The notes under the pieces are model-generated. The model was not told the DNA's origin and made no database searches. It saw nothing but the letters and a program-made list of their open reading frames with translations. Positions 24,145 to 32,718 of a stretch of 48,475 nt of DNA are shown here, piece after piece. How positions within the stretch are numbered: the first letter of the stretch is position 1; each line of letters starts with the position of its first letter. The DNA is from an uncultured Candidatus Finniella sp. (GTDB lineage Bacteria; Pseudomonadota; Alphaproteobacteria; Paracaedibacterales; CAITNM01). The stretch is from the NCBI GenBank assembly GCA_964446295.1, contig CAYUNR010000003.1:1-48475 (forward strand), given 5' to 3'. The position numbers and the translations under genes are program-made.

Positions 24145-26295
24145 ATGATTCATAGTACCTTTTGGCGATATAGCTTTGTTATGAATCTTTCTGTATTTAT
24201 TGTTTTATCTATACTTTTTCCAATATCATGCACTTCTATTAATGCTGTCGATTCTTTAGATAACTACCCATCAGTTTGTGATCACCGAAACTACAAACCT
24301 CCTGCAGGTGGAAAAGAAGTAAAACCTCAAGGTAAGCCGCTAACAGAAAAATCTGAACATCTTATTTTTGGCAAAAGTGGCTTAGACCCTCTTGGTATTG
24401 TAGATGCTGCTACTCCTTGGCGGTATATGGTGACCATGAATTGTAAAAATGGCAGCACTAATCTCGTTGAATTGGTTACTAAATTAGCAAGTCAGCTATT
24501 ACCTCCAGAACAGCGTCATCGGTTAGCCATTCTTATTGGGATTAATGAGAAGCTTGGCTCCTCAGCAGATTTAGATATACCTTTTAATTGGGATGAACTG
24601 GAAACAAAAAGAAACGAACTAGAAGCATTAGGGGTGCCAATTCTTTTTGTATACACTCCATGGTCTACTTATAGAGGTGGTCCCCAAGGAACAACGCCAG
24701 AAAGCATTATTAGAAATATTCGACAGTTAGTTCAATCCTCTCCAGTTGGTCGCGCCAGAGATATTTTAACAAACAGATTAGAAAAAGAAGATAGTGCTCA
24801 TGGCTTCCCTTTTGGAGCAATGCGCACACACTTATTAAACAATGATTTTACAAAGGATTTTATTACAAAGTTTAGCAGGGGTAAGCCGGTCTATTTTCAT
24901 ATTCAAGATTCTGATTTTACAAACCTAAAAACATCGCCGCTATATTACAGCTTTGGTACGCCTTCGGAAGCTCCAATTGTTAGTGACGCTGAAGAATATC
25001 TCTATAAAAAATATGATGGTCTCATAAGCGCTATGTGCAGACGAAATGGACACTACCCGGTCATTATTGGTGGAGCACACGTCTATGATCCAGCTGAAAT
25101 TCTAGATGCCGTAGGTATTAGCGCAAAGCAATGGACACGGTTTTCCAGCGAAATGGGAAATATCATTAAGCACATTTTGGCGGTGTTTCAGCCCTATGGT
25201 GTATATTTTCACGAGCCGAATACCATGTGTCTTGCACCTCAAACAGTTGAATGTTTGTATGGAAAAACTGACGAAACGCCTCCTCTTTTTAGTCGTCTAA
25301 AACATAGCGAAATAACCTTTGGCATAGATAGCGAAGTGCAAGGATTTACACGTTCTCTATTTGAAAATATGGATGATTCTACCTGTAGAAATGGCATGCC
25401 TTTTTCAAGCATTATTGTTTTAGCTACTTCCATGAAGCGAACAGGTCGACCTTTTAATATTCGCTTTAGTGGTGCTTATGATGAACAACTAAAAAAATTT
25501 AAGAATTGGAAAAGTGATGACATTGTAGCTATCCATGGAATGCCTCAAGAAATTTTTAAAGCACTTAGATGGAGTGACAACGTTGCAACTAGTTTTTCTG
25601 ACCACAGAAAGGAAGGTAGACGTACTTTATTGAGTACCCTTTTTAGTGCTTTTGATCCCCATGCATTAACAGGAGCTAGGGCAAAGTATGCAGCTTCAGG
25701 GCTTTATGAAACGCTTGTTGGGTATGATGCAAAAATCACTGAACAAAAACAAACAATCAAAGATACTTTTCAAAATTTGTTAGCTGCTTACGATAAGCTA
25801 GGTCAAGGCAAGCTTACTGCATTTTATATCCTTTCAGCTGCTTGGGAATCAGGACAGGCTATGCGGATTATGTTTTTAGATAACCTTATCGCACCAGTTA
25901 TGCCAGCCAGAAGAATTTTGACTGTTCCTGCGCTTTTGCATGAGAGAAAGCTTTTAGCTGATCGTCTCAATTACCGGGTAGACAGGGGCCATCCGTTTCC
26001 AAACCCATTTATTATCAGCTTACTCGATTTAGATGGTGTTCCAAGACGCATCCCTGCAGGAGATATGCTAGTTATGTTAGTCGAATCCGTGCAAAAATAT
26101 ACAAAAACTAAAAAGGAAATCCAGGAGATTCTTAAGTTATCTGCTCCTGTTATCAAGACCATTTTAGAAACAAAATCTGTTTCTCCGACTACGCGTAATA
26201 AGTTTGTGAGTATATTAGGACAAGCAAATATCAACACAAAATTTCCAGGAATTCCTGCTCCAGCTTTGCAAGAGCTAGCTAGGAAATTATTCTAG
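24145..26295 (+). CDS. Large exported or lipoprotein-like hypothetical protein
   Basis: 716-aa ORF. A second ATG at 24181 gives the leader MNLSVFIVLSILFPISC, similar to the leader of 27777..28931. No family recognised. Contains VYFHIQDSDF (see findings). Confidence 0.75.
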   Translation: MIHSTFWRYSFVMNLSVFIVLSILFPISCTSINAVDSLDNYPSVCDHRNYKPPAGGKEVKPQGKPLTEKSEHLIFGKSGLDPLGIVDAATPWRYMVTMNCKNGSTNLVELVTKLASQLLPPEQRHRLAILIGINEKLGSSADLDIPFNWDELETKRNELEALGVPILFVYTPWSTYRGGPQGTTPESIIRNIRQLVQSSPVGRARDILTNRLEKEDSAHGFPFGAMRTHLLNNDFTKDFITKFSRGKPVYFHIQDSDFTNLKTSPLYYSFGTPSEAPIVSDAEEYLYKKYDGLISAMCRRNGHYPVIIGGAHVYDPAEILDAVGISAKQWTRFSSEMGNIIKHILAVFQPYGVYFHEPNTMCLAPQTVECLYGKTDETPPLFSRLKHSEITFGIDSEVQGFTRSLFENMDDSTCRNGMPFSSIIVLATSMKRTGRPFNIRFSGAYDEQLKKFKNWKSDDIVAIHGMPQEIFKALRWSDNVATSFSDHRKEGRRTLLSTLFSAFDPHALTGARAKYAASGLYETLVGYDAKITEQKQTIKDTFQNLLAAYDKLGQGKLTAFYILSAAWESGQAMRIMFLDNLIAPVMPARRILTVPALLHERKLLADRLNYRVDRGHPFPNPFIISLLDLDGVPRRIPAGDMLVMLVESVQKYTKTKKEIQEILKLSAPVIKTILETKSVSPTTRNKFVSILGQANINTKFPGIPAPALQELARKLF

Positions 26296-26313
26296 TAATC
26301 TTATAATGGTAAA

Positions 26314-27696
26314 TTACTCAGCTTCAGCGCCTTCAGGCAATGGCTTTGGCAAAGTGATTTTCTGCGCCATAAATCCTGGCAAAATCGCTCCAAAACCCAT
26401 CACAGGACCAGTTGCTTCATGGCCAGATGGCACTTTTTCATTTGCACGATCAGGATGTCGCTCACGAACAGGGTGCGCAGGCTTCTTCCCAGCAGCTTTT
26501 GAAGCTTTGTTTTCAGGTATCTTATCTTCGGTTACTTTAATTTCTTGTGCTGGTTTTTCTTGTGTTTTTTTTGCGCGCTTTTCTTCAACGAAAGTTTCAC
26601 TAAACAGGGTTGCGTTCAAATGGGTTTCAATGTTCTTAAGCAGTGTTCGCTCTTTCACATTGACCAACGTAAACGCCAATCCCTTCATATCAGCACGGCC
26701 AGTTCTGCCAATGCGGTGAATGTAGTCTTCAACTTGTAACGGCACGTTAAAGTTAACCACCATTCCAAGGCCTTCAATATCTACGCCGCGTGCCAAAACA
26801 TCGCTTGCAATTAGAATATCAATTTCTCCAGCTTTAAATGCTTGTAAGCTTTTGTTACGCGCCTCTTGGTCCATATCACCATGCATAGCGCCAACAGAAA
26901 ACTTATGGCGTGATAAAGACTGCTTCAATTCGTCAATGTCACGCTTGCGATTACAAAAAACCACAACATTTAGCTTCGGGTGCTCGCGCAAAATTTTACG
27001 CAACGCTTCGCGTTTGTTAATGTCATTAACCAATATCGCCGTTTGTTCGATCGATGCCTTACTTTTTTCGCCCTTAACCTCAACAGTTTTAGGCAGCATC
27101 ATGTATTGTTCAACAAGTTTACGAATATCAGGTGTCATGGTCGCACTAAACAAAAGTGTCTGACGGGTTTTAGGCAAAACTGCCAAAATCTTATCAACAT
27201 CAGGAATGAATCCCATGTCTAACATGCGGTCAGCTTCGTCAATTACCACGTGCTGCACGCCATACATAAGCAACTTCCCGCGATCCATAAAATCTAACAG
27301 TCGTCCTGGTGTTGCAATAATAATGTGATGCGGCTTTTTCAGCGCGCGTTCTTGTATGCCCATTGGGTCACCGCCAATTAGCAATACAGACTTTAAATTC
27401 TCTTCCGGGTCAAATCGCTTTAAGCTTTCCTGCACCTGAAACGCCAACTCTCTGGTGGGCTCTAAAATCAGTATGCTAGGATTTCTCGATTTTTGTGCTT
27501 TATCATTTTGAACATTGATTATCGGCAATAAAAATGCTGCCGTTTTACCCGTGCCTGTTTGCGCCATGCCAATAATATCTTGCCCACGCAATGCAATAGG
27601 AATTGCTTTTTGCTGAATGGGAGTAGGGGTCGTAAAGCCAATTTCAGCTAAGCGCTTAACAAGCACCTCACTTAATCCAGTTTCTTCAAAGGTCAT
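26314..27696 (-). CDS. rhlE: DEAD-box ATP-dependent RNA helicase (RhlE-like)
   Basis: 460 aa with the Q-motif region GFTTPTPIQ. Also motif I AQTGTGKT, motif II VIDEADRMLD, SAT, and motif VI HRIGRTGRA. Basic C-terminal tail. Confidence 0.9.
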   Translation of the reverse strand: MTFEETGLSEVLVKRLAEIGFTTPTPIQQKAIPIALRGQDIIGMAQTGTGKTAAFLLPIINVQNDKAQKSRNPSILILEPTRELAFQVQESLKRFDPEENLKSVLLIGGDPMGIQERALKKPHHIIIATPGRLLDFMDRGKLLMYGVQHVVIDEADRMLDMGFIPDVDKILAVLPKTRQTLLFSATMTPDIRKLVEQYMMLPKTVEVKGEKSKASIEQTAILVNDINKREALRKILREHPKLNVVVFCNRKRDIDELKQSLSRHKFSVGAMHGDMDQEARNKSLQAFKAGEIDILIASDVLARGVDIEGLGMVVNFNVPLQVEDYIHRIGRTGRADMKGLAFTLVNVKERTLLKNIETHLNATLFSETFVEEKRAKKTQEKPAQEIKVTEDKIPENKASKAAGKKPAHPVRERHPDRANEKVPSGHEATGPVMGFGAILPGFMAQKITLPKPLPEGAEAE

Positions 27697-27776
27697 GCGG
27701 TCAATATTCTAGATGATTTTATCAATGTAAGCACTATTTGTAAAAAGTCAAGAAATAGTATTACATTACAGCAATA

Positions 27777-28931
27777 TTATGACGACTGTGTTGATCTCTG
27801 CCTATTACAAAAGTCATGAAGTGTATCATGGTCCGCATAGGACCACATCAAAGCACACCAGCTCTCACGCTTAATGACCACCCTTGCAAAATCAATCAGT
27901 TCATAGGTTGATAGCTCATTCCTACTTAGGAATTTTTGTGCAAGTGCCAATACATCGTTCGCGCACAAAACAGCGTCTGGTGCAAAACCCTGTGCAATTT
28001 GCAACACGAAGTCAGCAGTTTTTTTCAATAAATTTCTATGCTCTTCATGTTCCATAGTGCTTTGTGCAAGAATATTCTTAAAGTCTTCCGCCCTATGGGG
28101 AGCCATTTTTAACAGTTCAATAAACACAAGTCGGCTCCTGACTGAAAAGTGTAAAAATAAATCTATTTCATCAGTTGTAAGTGTATTTTGTCTGCACTTA
28201 ATTGCATCAATCATGTCAGCAGTGATTCTGATATGTCTTGCATGTAATTCTATAATGGTGTCAAACTTTTCCTGTTCAAGAGCAATCAATGTGGCAATAA
28301 CGCTGGGATTATTTCCCGCTATTTGTTTGATTTTTAGGCAATCTTCCAGGGCTAACAAGCCACCCATTGCTCGCATTCTTTCTACTGTTTCCGGAGCGAT
28401 TTTTAAAAAATTTTCTTCTAATATGTGCAACCTAGGTGGGGAGCCTTCTTTGCGTGCAATAGCTCTATTGACGAAAAAATCCCCTTGAATACCTTTGGCA
28501 ATTTTTAAAACCCTGTCTTTTATTGCTTCGCGAATTAGATGGTTATCTGTTGGTATGCCATTTTCATAAAGCATGAAATTTATTGATGCCACAAAATTAT
28601 AAGCAGATTCTCTTGGCTGCTCGTCTTCTTCTTTACGTGGAGTAAATTCTTTCAAAGACTGTCTGCAAATCTCTGTGGTGTTAACATGCTTAGTTTTGAA
28701 AAATTCATCTTCGTCTTGTTCCGTATATTCCGTCATACCAACGGCTACACTTTTCATAAATCCAACCTTTTTTGGAGTTGTCATTCCATTCGCAGGGCTA
28801 GATACACCCATTTTCTTTAAAAGCGCTGCGTCAGGCCACTTACAATCAGTAGATGCTGTGTAAGCAGAGCCCGCAGAACTAATAACTACGAAACCACAAA
28901 AAACAATAAACTTCAAAACAGATAAATTCAT
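27777..28931 (-). CDS. Secreted hypothetical protein (alpha-helical)
   Basis: 384 aa with leader MNLSVLKFIVFCGFVVISSAGSA. No motif recognised. Confidence 0.7.
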   Translation of the reverse strand: MNLSVLKFIVFCGFVVISSAGSAYTASTDCKWPDAALLKKMGVSSPANGMTTPKKVGFMKSVAVGMTEYTEQDEDEFFKTKHVNTTEICRQSLKEFTPRKEEDEQPRESAYNFVASINFMLYENGIPTDNHLIREAIKDRVLKIAKGIQGDFFVNRAIARKEGSPPRLHILEENFLKIAPETVERMRAMGGLLALEDCLKIKQIAGNNPSVIATLIALEQEKFDTIIELHARHIRITADMIDAIKCRQNTLTTDEIDLFLHFSVRSRLVFIELLKMAPHRAEDFKNILAQSTMEHEEHRNLLKKTADFVLQIAQGFAPDAVLCANDVLALAQKFLSRNELSTYELIDFARVVIKRESWCALMWSYADHDTLHDFCNRQRSTQSS

Positions 28932-29059
28932 CTTTGTTATATTATGTCAAATAAAATACAGCCTATAATTCTAAAATTCTTTTTAAGTCCATGTCAAAGT
29001 AATTTTCATCTCTAATGCTGATTGAATTGAATAATTATGGTTGCCTCAAGAAGCCACTT

Positions 29060-29093
29060 CCTACACGGAAACTTTGCTCGCTGAGCCATTAAA
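29060..29093. repeat. Copy of the ~40-nt element that also forms the 3-prime end of the pilin-like gene
   Basis: CCTACACGGAAACTTTGCTCGCTGAGCCATTAAA, compared with 34791-34830 and 32597-32636. Confidence 0.7.
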
Positions 29094-29127
29094 AAAACTC
29101 CACGAGAGTATTCTCCTGCGGAGTTTT
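29091..29127 (-). terminator. Terminator of gene 29136..30170 (conserved family-2 cassette)
   Basis: Minus strand: AACTCCGC...GTGGAGTT (8 bp including one G.U) followed by TTTTTTT. Homologous hairpins occur at 31815-31850 and 32671-32701. Confidence 0.6.
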
Positions 29128-29135
29128 GTTGATTT

Positions 29136-30170
29136 TTATTTAACTGAGTTTAAATTAATTAAATTATAGTACACTCCTTCGGCTTCAGCTTTTTCAATAT
29201 TTGAATACGCCATAATCGCATTAACTGTTTCCTCTTTATTAGGAGCTCGCTTAAACCTTTGAGTGAATTGCTTACAAGCTTCTCCAGCTTCAAAATAAAG
29301 TCGATTGCGACGAGCTTCTGGAGTTTCATTAGCCGCTGCTATTTCGATCGGAGGTGCAGCATGTGGAGGATTGTGTAGTATTGGTGCTTCTGCATTATTA
29401 AAGTATCTTCCTCTTAGGAATATTTCATAAGCTTGTTGCCTATCAGGCCTTTGCTGTTCTTCTGCTCTCTCGCGCATATCTGCTGGGTTCTCTCTATCCC
29501 TTCCGATCGGAGGTGCAGCATGTGGAGGCATTGGTGCTCTAGCTCTAGCATCTTCTGCTTCAATTTGCCTTACGTATGCTTCATCAGCTTCATTTTGTAA
29601 TCGCAGTCTTTCACGCCTTTGCGCCTCTTCCTCTTGAAGTTCTCGCGCTAACCTTTCGTCTGCGGTTTCTTGCCAACGGTCATAGCCATAAGCTGCTGCA
29701 GCTGGTTTTGCCTCATTATATTGTAGCGGATTTTTTATATCACGTTGTGCGCGCAGTGCTTCTTCAGCAGAAGGATATTGTCTTCCATAGCTATTATCTG
29801 CGGGTAGTTTTTGATCACCACTATAGGCCATTGGAGCTGGATAACCATATTCTTCTAAAAGTGCACCTACCCTGTTCTCTTTGAGAGCAACTGCAATTTT
29901 GAGGATCGCAGTAAACCCACCGTCTCTTTTAAAAATATTATTATATGCATGAAAAATTTTATTTTTTGTTATTGTATCTGCTGTTTCAAAATAGGAAAAA
30001 AGATCGAATATCACATAACGAGTCTGACCTTCTGTTGTATCGTTTACACGTTTTTGTATAATGGCTGACAGCTCTTCCACTGACCCAGCGCTATAGCCAT
30101 TACTTGTAAACAGCAGGCAAATAAGTATTAATAGCTTTGAAAAACTGTTGTAAAAAGAAGTCCTATTCAT
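29136..30170 (-). CDS. Secreted protein, family 2 (one DSAIA-type domain, E/R-rich region, PPHAAPPI repeats)
   Basis: 344 aa from the ATG at 30170 (MNRTSFYNSFSKLLILICLLFTSNGYSA), homologous to the leader of 31904..32482. Motifs YVRQIEAEDARA and 2 x PPHAAPPI. Confidence 0.75.
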   Translation of the reverse strand: MNRTSFYNSFSKLLILICLLFTSNGYSAGSVEELSAIIQKRVNDTTEGQTRYVIFDLFSYFETADTITKNKIFHAYNNIFKRDGGFTAILKIAVALKENRVGALLEEYGYPAPMAYSGDQKLPADNSYGRQYPSAEEALRAQRDIKNPLQYNEAKPAAAAYGYDRWQETADERLARELQEEEAQRRERLRLQNEADEAYVRQIEAEDARARAPMPPHAAPPIGRDRENPADMRERAEEQQRPDRQQAYEIFLRGRYFNNAEAPILHNPPHAAPPIEIAAANETPEARRNRLYFEAGEACKQFTQRFKRAPNKEETVNAIMAYSNIEKAEAEGVYYNLINLNSVK

Positions 30171-30313
30171 TGCCATCACCAAAAAATCAAATATTGTATA
30201 ACTATAATGAAGTAATATTTAATAATTTGTTAATATGCTAAATGTATTTATTTTTCAAGGACACTAAATAAGGAAGCCCAAAATTATATGAGCTTCCTTA
30301 TAATAAACTAAAG

Positions 30314-31045
30314 TTAGATGTATCTGCCAATCATAGATGAAAAAAATGGTGGTAATCTTCTTATCACGTTTCCTGTGTCAAGGTTATAATCACTGTTAAG
30401 CCACTCACAAACATATCTTTCTGCCTGTCTTAGTCCTTTCTGAATGGCTGCTTGTTTTTTTGGTGTCGACGCTCGATCCAAAAGGACTTGTCTCTGATTA
30501 TTGTCTAGAAGATTTGCGCCATAGCGAACCAGCATGGTTACACAATCATCGGCGTAGCCATAAGAACTATGGTATAAGATTGTTTCCCCATTGTTTCTTT
30601 CAGCAAATACATTTGCTCCACAATCTAACAGAAATTTTATAATTTCATTTTTACTAAAGTAAACAGCAGTCTCAAGGGGGGTCGTGTAATAGGGGTAATT
30701 AAAACACAAGGCTGAATTAACATCTGCTCCATTTGTTACACAATGCGCTGTCATTTCTAAGTCATTCGCTAAAATTGAGCAGGCTAAAAAGATTCTGCTA
30801 TACGCTGGGTATTGATTGATAATATGTGGATTTTCTTTAAGGATTGCATACATTGTTATCTGATCAGCATGAGAAATCTCTGGGTCCATGCATCTCAAAA
30901 GGTCCTGTAATTGTGCATCACTATTAACTTGAGGCTGTTCAGTTTTGCTTTCGTCAAAATCCTCTGCCTCCATGGCGTTCAACGTAAGTTGCGTATGCGC
31001 AAGCATAAAACTCGCACATAATATCGCTTTAAATATATTTCTCAT
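30314..31045 (-). CDS. Secreted ankyrin-repeat protein
   Basis: 243 aa from the ATG at 31045, preceded by AGGTGG. Leader MRNIFKAILCASFMLAHTQLTLNA. Ankyrin-type strings: TPLETAVYFSKNEIIKFLLDCGANV, ETILYHSSYGYADDCVTMLVRYGANL, IFLACSILANDLEMTAHCVTNGADVN. Confidence 0.8.
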   Translation of the reverse strand: MRNIFKAILCASFMLAHTQLTLNAMEAEDFDESKTEQPQVNSDAQLQDLLRCMDPEISHADQITMYAILKENPHIINQYPAYSRIFLACSILANDLEMTAHCVTNGADVNSALCFNYPYYTTPLETAVYFSKNEIIKFLLDCGANVFAERNNGETILYHSSYGYADDCVTMLVRYGANLLDNNQRQVLLDRASTPKKQAAIQKGLRQAERYVCEWLNSDYNLDTGNVIRRLPPFFSSMIGRYI

Positions 31046-31095
31046 GAGCCCCACCTATTTTAAAGTTAACAACAGCTTTATTGCTGTTATTTGTA

Positions 31096-31123
31096 CATAT
31101 AGTAATCATTATTTTTATGTCAA
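31096..31123 (-). promoter_or_regulatory. Sigma70-like promoter of the ankyrin gene
   Basis: Minus strand: TTGACA-16 nt-TATATG, about 50 nt upstream of the ATG. A degraded copy of the same block precedes the pseudogene start at 31638. Confidence 0.35.
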
Positions 31124-31136
31124 GGTTTTTGGGTGT

Positions 31137-31320
31137 TTAATCGATTGCTAAAAGCACATTAACATTTGCTCCGTTTTCTAAACACTCCTGTGCCATTTCT
31201 AAATCGTTTAGGAGGATCGTGCAGACCACAAAACATGAGCAAGAAATGGATGCATATTTTTTGATAAGTCTATATTCCTTAGAAATAATGATGCTTGCCC
31301 CACTAGCTAGTCTGTGTTGG
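31137..31320 (-). pseudogene. Ankyrin-repeat gene remnant
   Basis: A startless reading frame ends ...KKYASISCSCFVVCTILLNDLEMAQECLENGANVNVLLAID*. This aligns with YSRIFLACSILANDLEMTAHCVTNGADVNSAL of 30314..31045. Confidence 0.55.
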
Positions 31321-31321
31321 T

Positions 31322-31638
31322 TCAGACTCTCAGGATCACAAAAACGTCCTTCCCAAAATCAGTTGCCAAACTATTAATGGCAGAATCACCAGTCAGTCTG
31401 CCTTGCTCACGAAGAACATTATAACGTTGAAAAATCTCAGCTTTTGCAGCAGCGTCTATTTCAAAGAAACTAGCCATGCCAGAAATAAAGGGGTTTAGAT
31501 TGCCAAAAGTATCAAATCTTTTTTTAAAAGCAGACACAGATCTTCTTGTGTTTGTACGCTATCCAAGGCATTTAACGTAGGTTGCGTATGTGCAAGAAGA
31601 AACCCTGCACATAATATTCCTTTAAATATATTTTTCAT
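31322..31638 (-). pseudogene. Chimeric, frameshifted gene: ankyrin-type leader plus family-2 DSAIA domain
   Basis: The ATG at 31638 opens MKNIFKGILCAGFLLAHTQPTLNALDS..., which stops after 47 codons. The DSAIA-type domain (track ORF 31322..31537, GTG start) lies in the -1 (equivalently +2) reading frame relative to the leader. The two frames meet at a poly(A)7 run (31519-31525). Confidence 0.6.
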
Positions 31639-31814
31639 ATGGCCACATTTAAGTTTTCAAAGAACTTTATTATTCTTATTTATATGGTATTGATAAATTT
31701 TTTTCATGTTAAGAACTTTTTGGATATTTTTATATTGAATACTTGTGATGCCATTTAAACTGAGCACAATATTCAGCAAATCTGGTGTTGCCAAAAATAG
31801 CGTAATCTATACGA

Positions 31815-31850
31815 AATAAAAACTCCACGGGAGCATTCTCCTGCAGAGTT
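31815..31850 (-). terminator. Terminator of gene 31904..32482 (family-2 cassette)
   Basis: Minus strand: AACTCTGC...GTGGAGTT (two G.U pairs) followed by TTTTATTT. Confidence 0.45.
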
Positions 31851-31903
31851 TTGTTGATTTTATCTAGTAGAGTTTAAACTTAATTATCTGATTATATTGC
31901 TCA

Positions 31904-32482
31904 TTACACTTCTTCAGCACTTTCTGGTAGTCGTGCATTTAGCCTACCATCTCTGTAATCAGTTGCCATTGTGGCAATGGCAGAATCGCTATCCCTATGC
32001 TGACTATAAAGCTCCTGATAAATACTAAAAAGTCGAGCTCTTGTTCCAGCTTCCCCTTCAAAGAAGTCAGCAAGGCCAGAAAATGTGGGTGATACTTCGC
32101 CAAAGTTATTGATTCTTTTTGCTTCTAAAAGCAAACCTAGTTGCTCTTCCGTCTCCGCAAAAGGTACTTCAGCAGCTGCTCTTTTCACGTCTGCCCGATG
32201 TATTGCCAACTGGCGTGCTTCTTTTGTTCTCCTTCGCACATCTTCTTGATATGCCTGGAATTCCCTATCTTCTGCTTCAATTTGTCTTATTAGTGCTGCG
32301 TTTGCGGCTTCTTCTTGTAATAGTTGTTCTTGAGCGGAAGTCGTAACATATCGTCTTATGCTGCTTCCTTCGTCATCAGAAAAAGAGTCTTTTTCTTCAG
32401 CGCTATAGCCATTGTTTGCAAGTAGCATGCATGTTAGCACTAATGCCTTTGAATAATTGCCATAAAAAGTAAATTTGTTCAT
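31904..32482 (-). CDS. Secreted protein, family 2 (E/R-rich region plus one DSAIA-type domain)
   Basis: 192 aa from the ATG at 32482, with GAGG 6 nt upstream. Leader MNKFTFYGNYSKALVLTCMLLANNGYSA. Motifs LIRQIEAEDREF and FSGLADFFEGEAGTRARLFSIYQELYSQHRDSDSAIATMATDY. Confidence 0.75.
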   Translation of the reverse strand: MNKFTFYGNYSKALVLTCMLLANNGYSAEEKDSFSDDEGSSIRRYVTTSAQEQLLQEEAANAALIRQIEAEDREFQAYQEDVRRRTKEARQLAIHRADVKRAAAEVPFAETEEQLGLLLEAKRINNFGEVSPTFSGLADFFEGEAGTRARLFSIYQELYSQHRDSDSAIATMATDYRDGRLNARLPESAEEV

Positions 32483-32596
32483 TTGGTGCCTCATGAAAAG
32501 TTATTTTCAAGAGTATTGTGACCCGGCAGTTCTTAAAAAATAATTAATCATAAAATATAGATTAATTTTATGGAAAATAAAGGTGATTTAGATTTT

Positions 32597-32636
32597 TAAC
32601 GCCTACAAGGAAACTTCGCCCACTGGGCCATTGAAA
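32597..32636. repeat. Copy of the ~40-nt element that also forms the 3-prime end of the pilin-like gene
   Basis: TTAACGCCTACAAGGAAACTTCGCCCACTGGGCCATTGAA, compared with 34787-34830. Confidence 0.7.
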
Positions 32637-32670
32637 TTTTTGGTTGGTTTGGAAGCCGAGTTTTGCTGTG

Positions 32671-32701
32671 AAACTCCACAAGAGTATTCCCTCGTGGAGT
32701 T
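32671..32701 (-). terminator. Conserved 3-prime hairpin after gene 32719..34608
   Basis: ACTCCAC...GTGGAGT, a perfect 7-bp stem homologous to the other family-2 terminators. The U-tract on the minus strand is short, so function is uncertain. Confidence 0.35.
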
Positions 32702-32718
32702 CAATTGATGACAGTGTA

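Noticed and set aside
26306-26719. 137-aa ORF antisense to the DEAD-box helicase. Similar long antisense ORFs lie at 13369..13839, 20629..21057, 28057..28488, 33821..34147, 35151..35537 and 41564..41932.
   Set aside because: These are shadow ORFs inside longer, motif-supported or family-supported genes on the other strand. Their composition is low-complexity or Cys/Ser/Leu-skewed, and they lack start contexts.
26314-27696. DEAD-box helicase as part of a defence or novel system together with the neighbouring 716-aa orphan
   Set aside because: It carries the full canonical RhlE-type motif set with a basic tail, typical of housekeeping RNA helicases. It is convergent with the orphan, so they do not form an operon.
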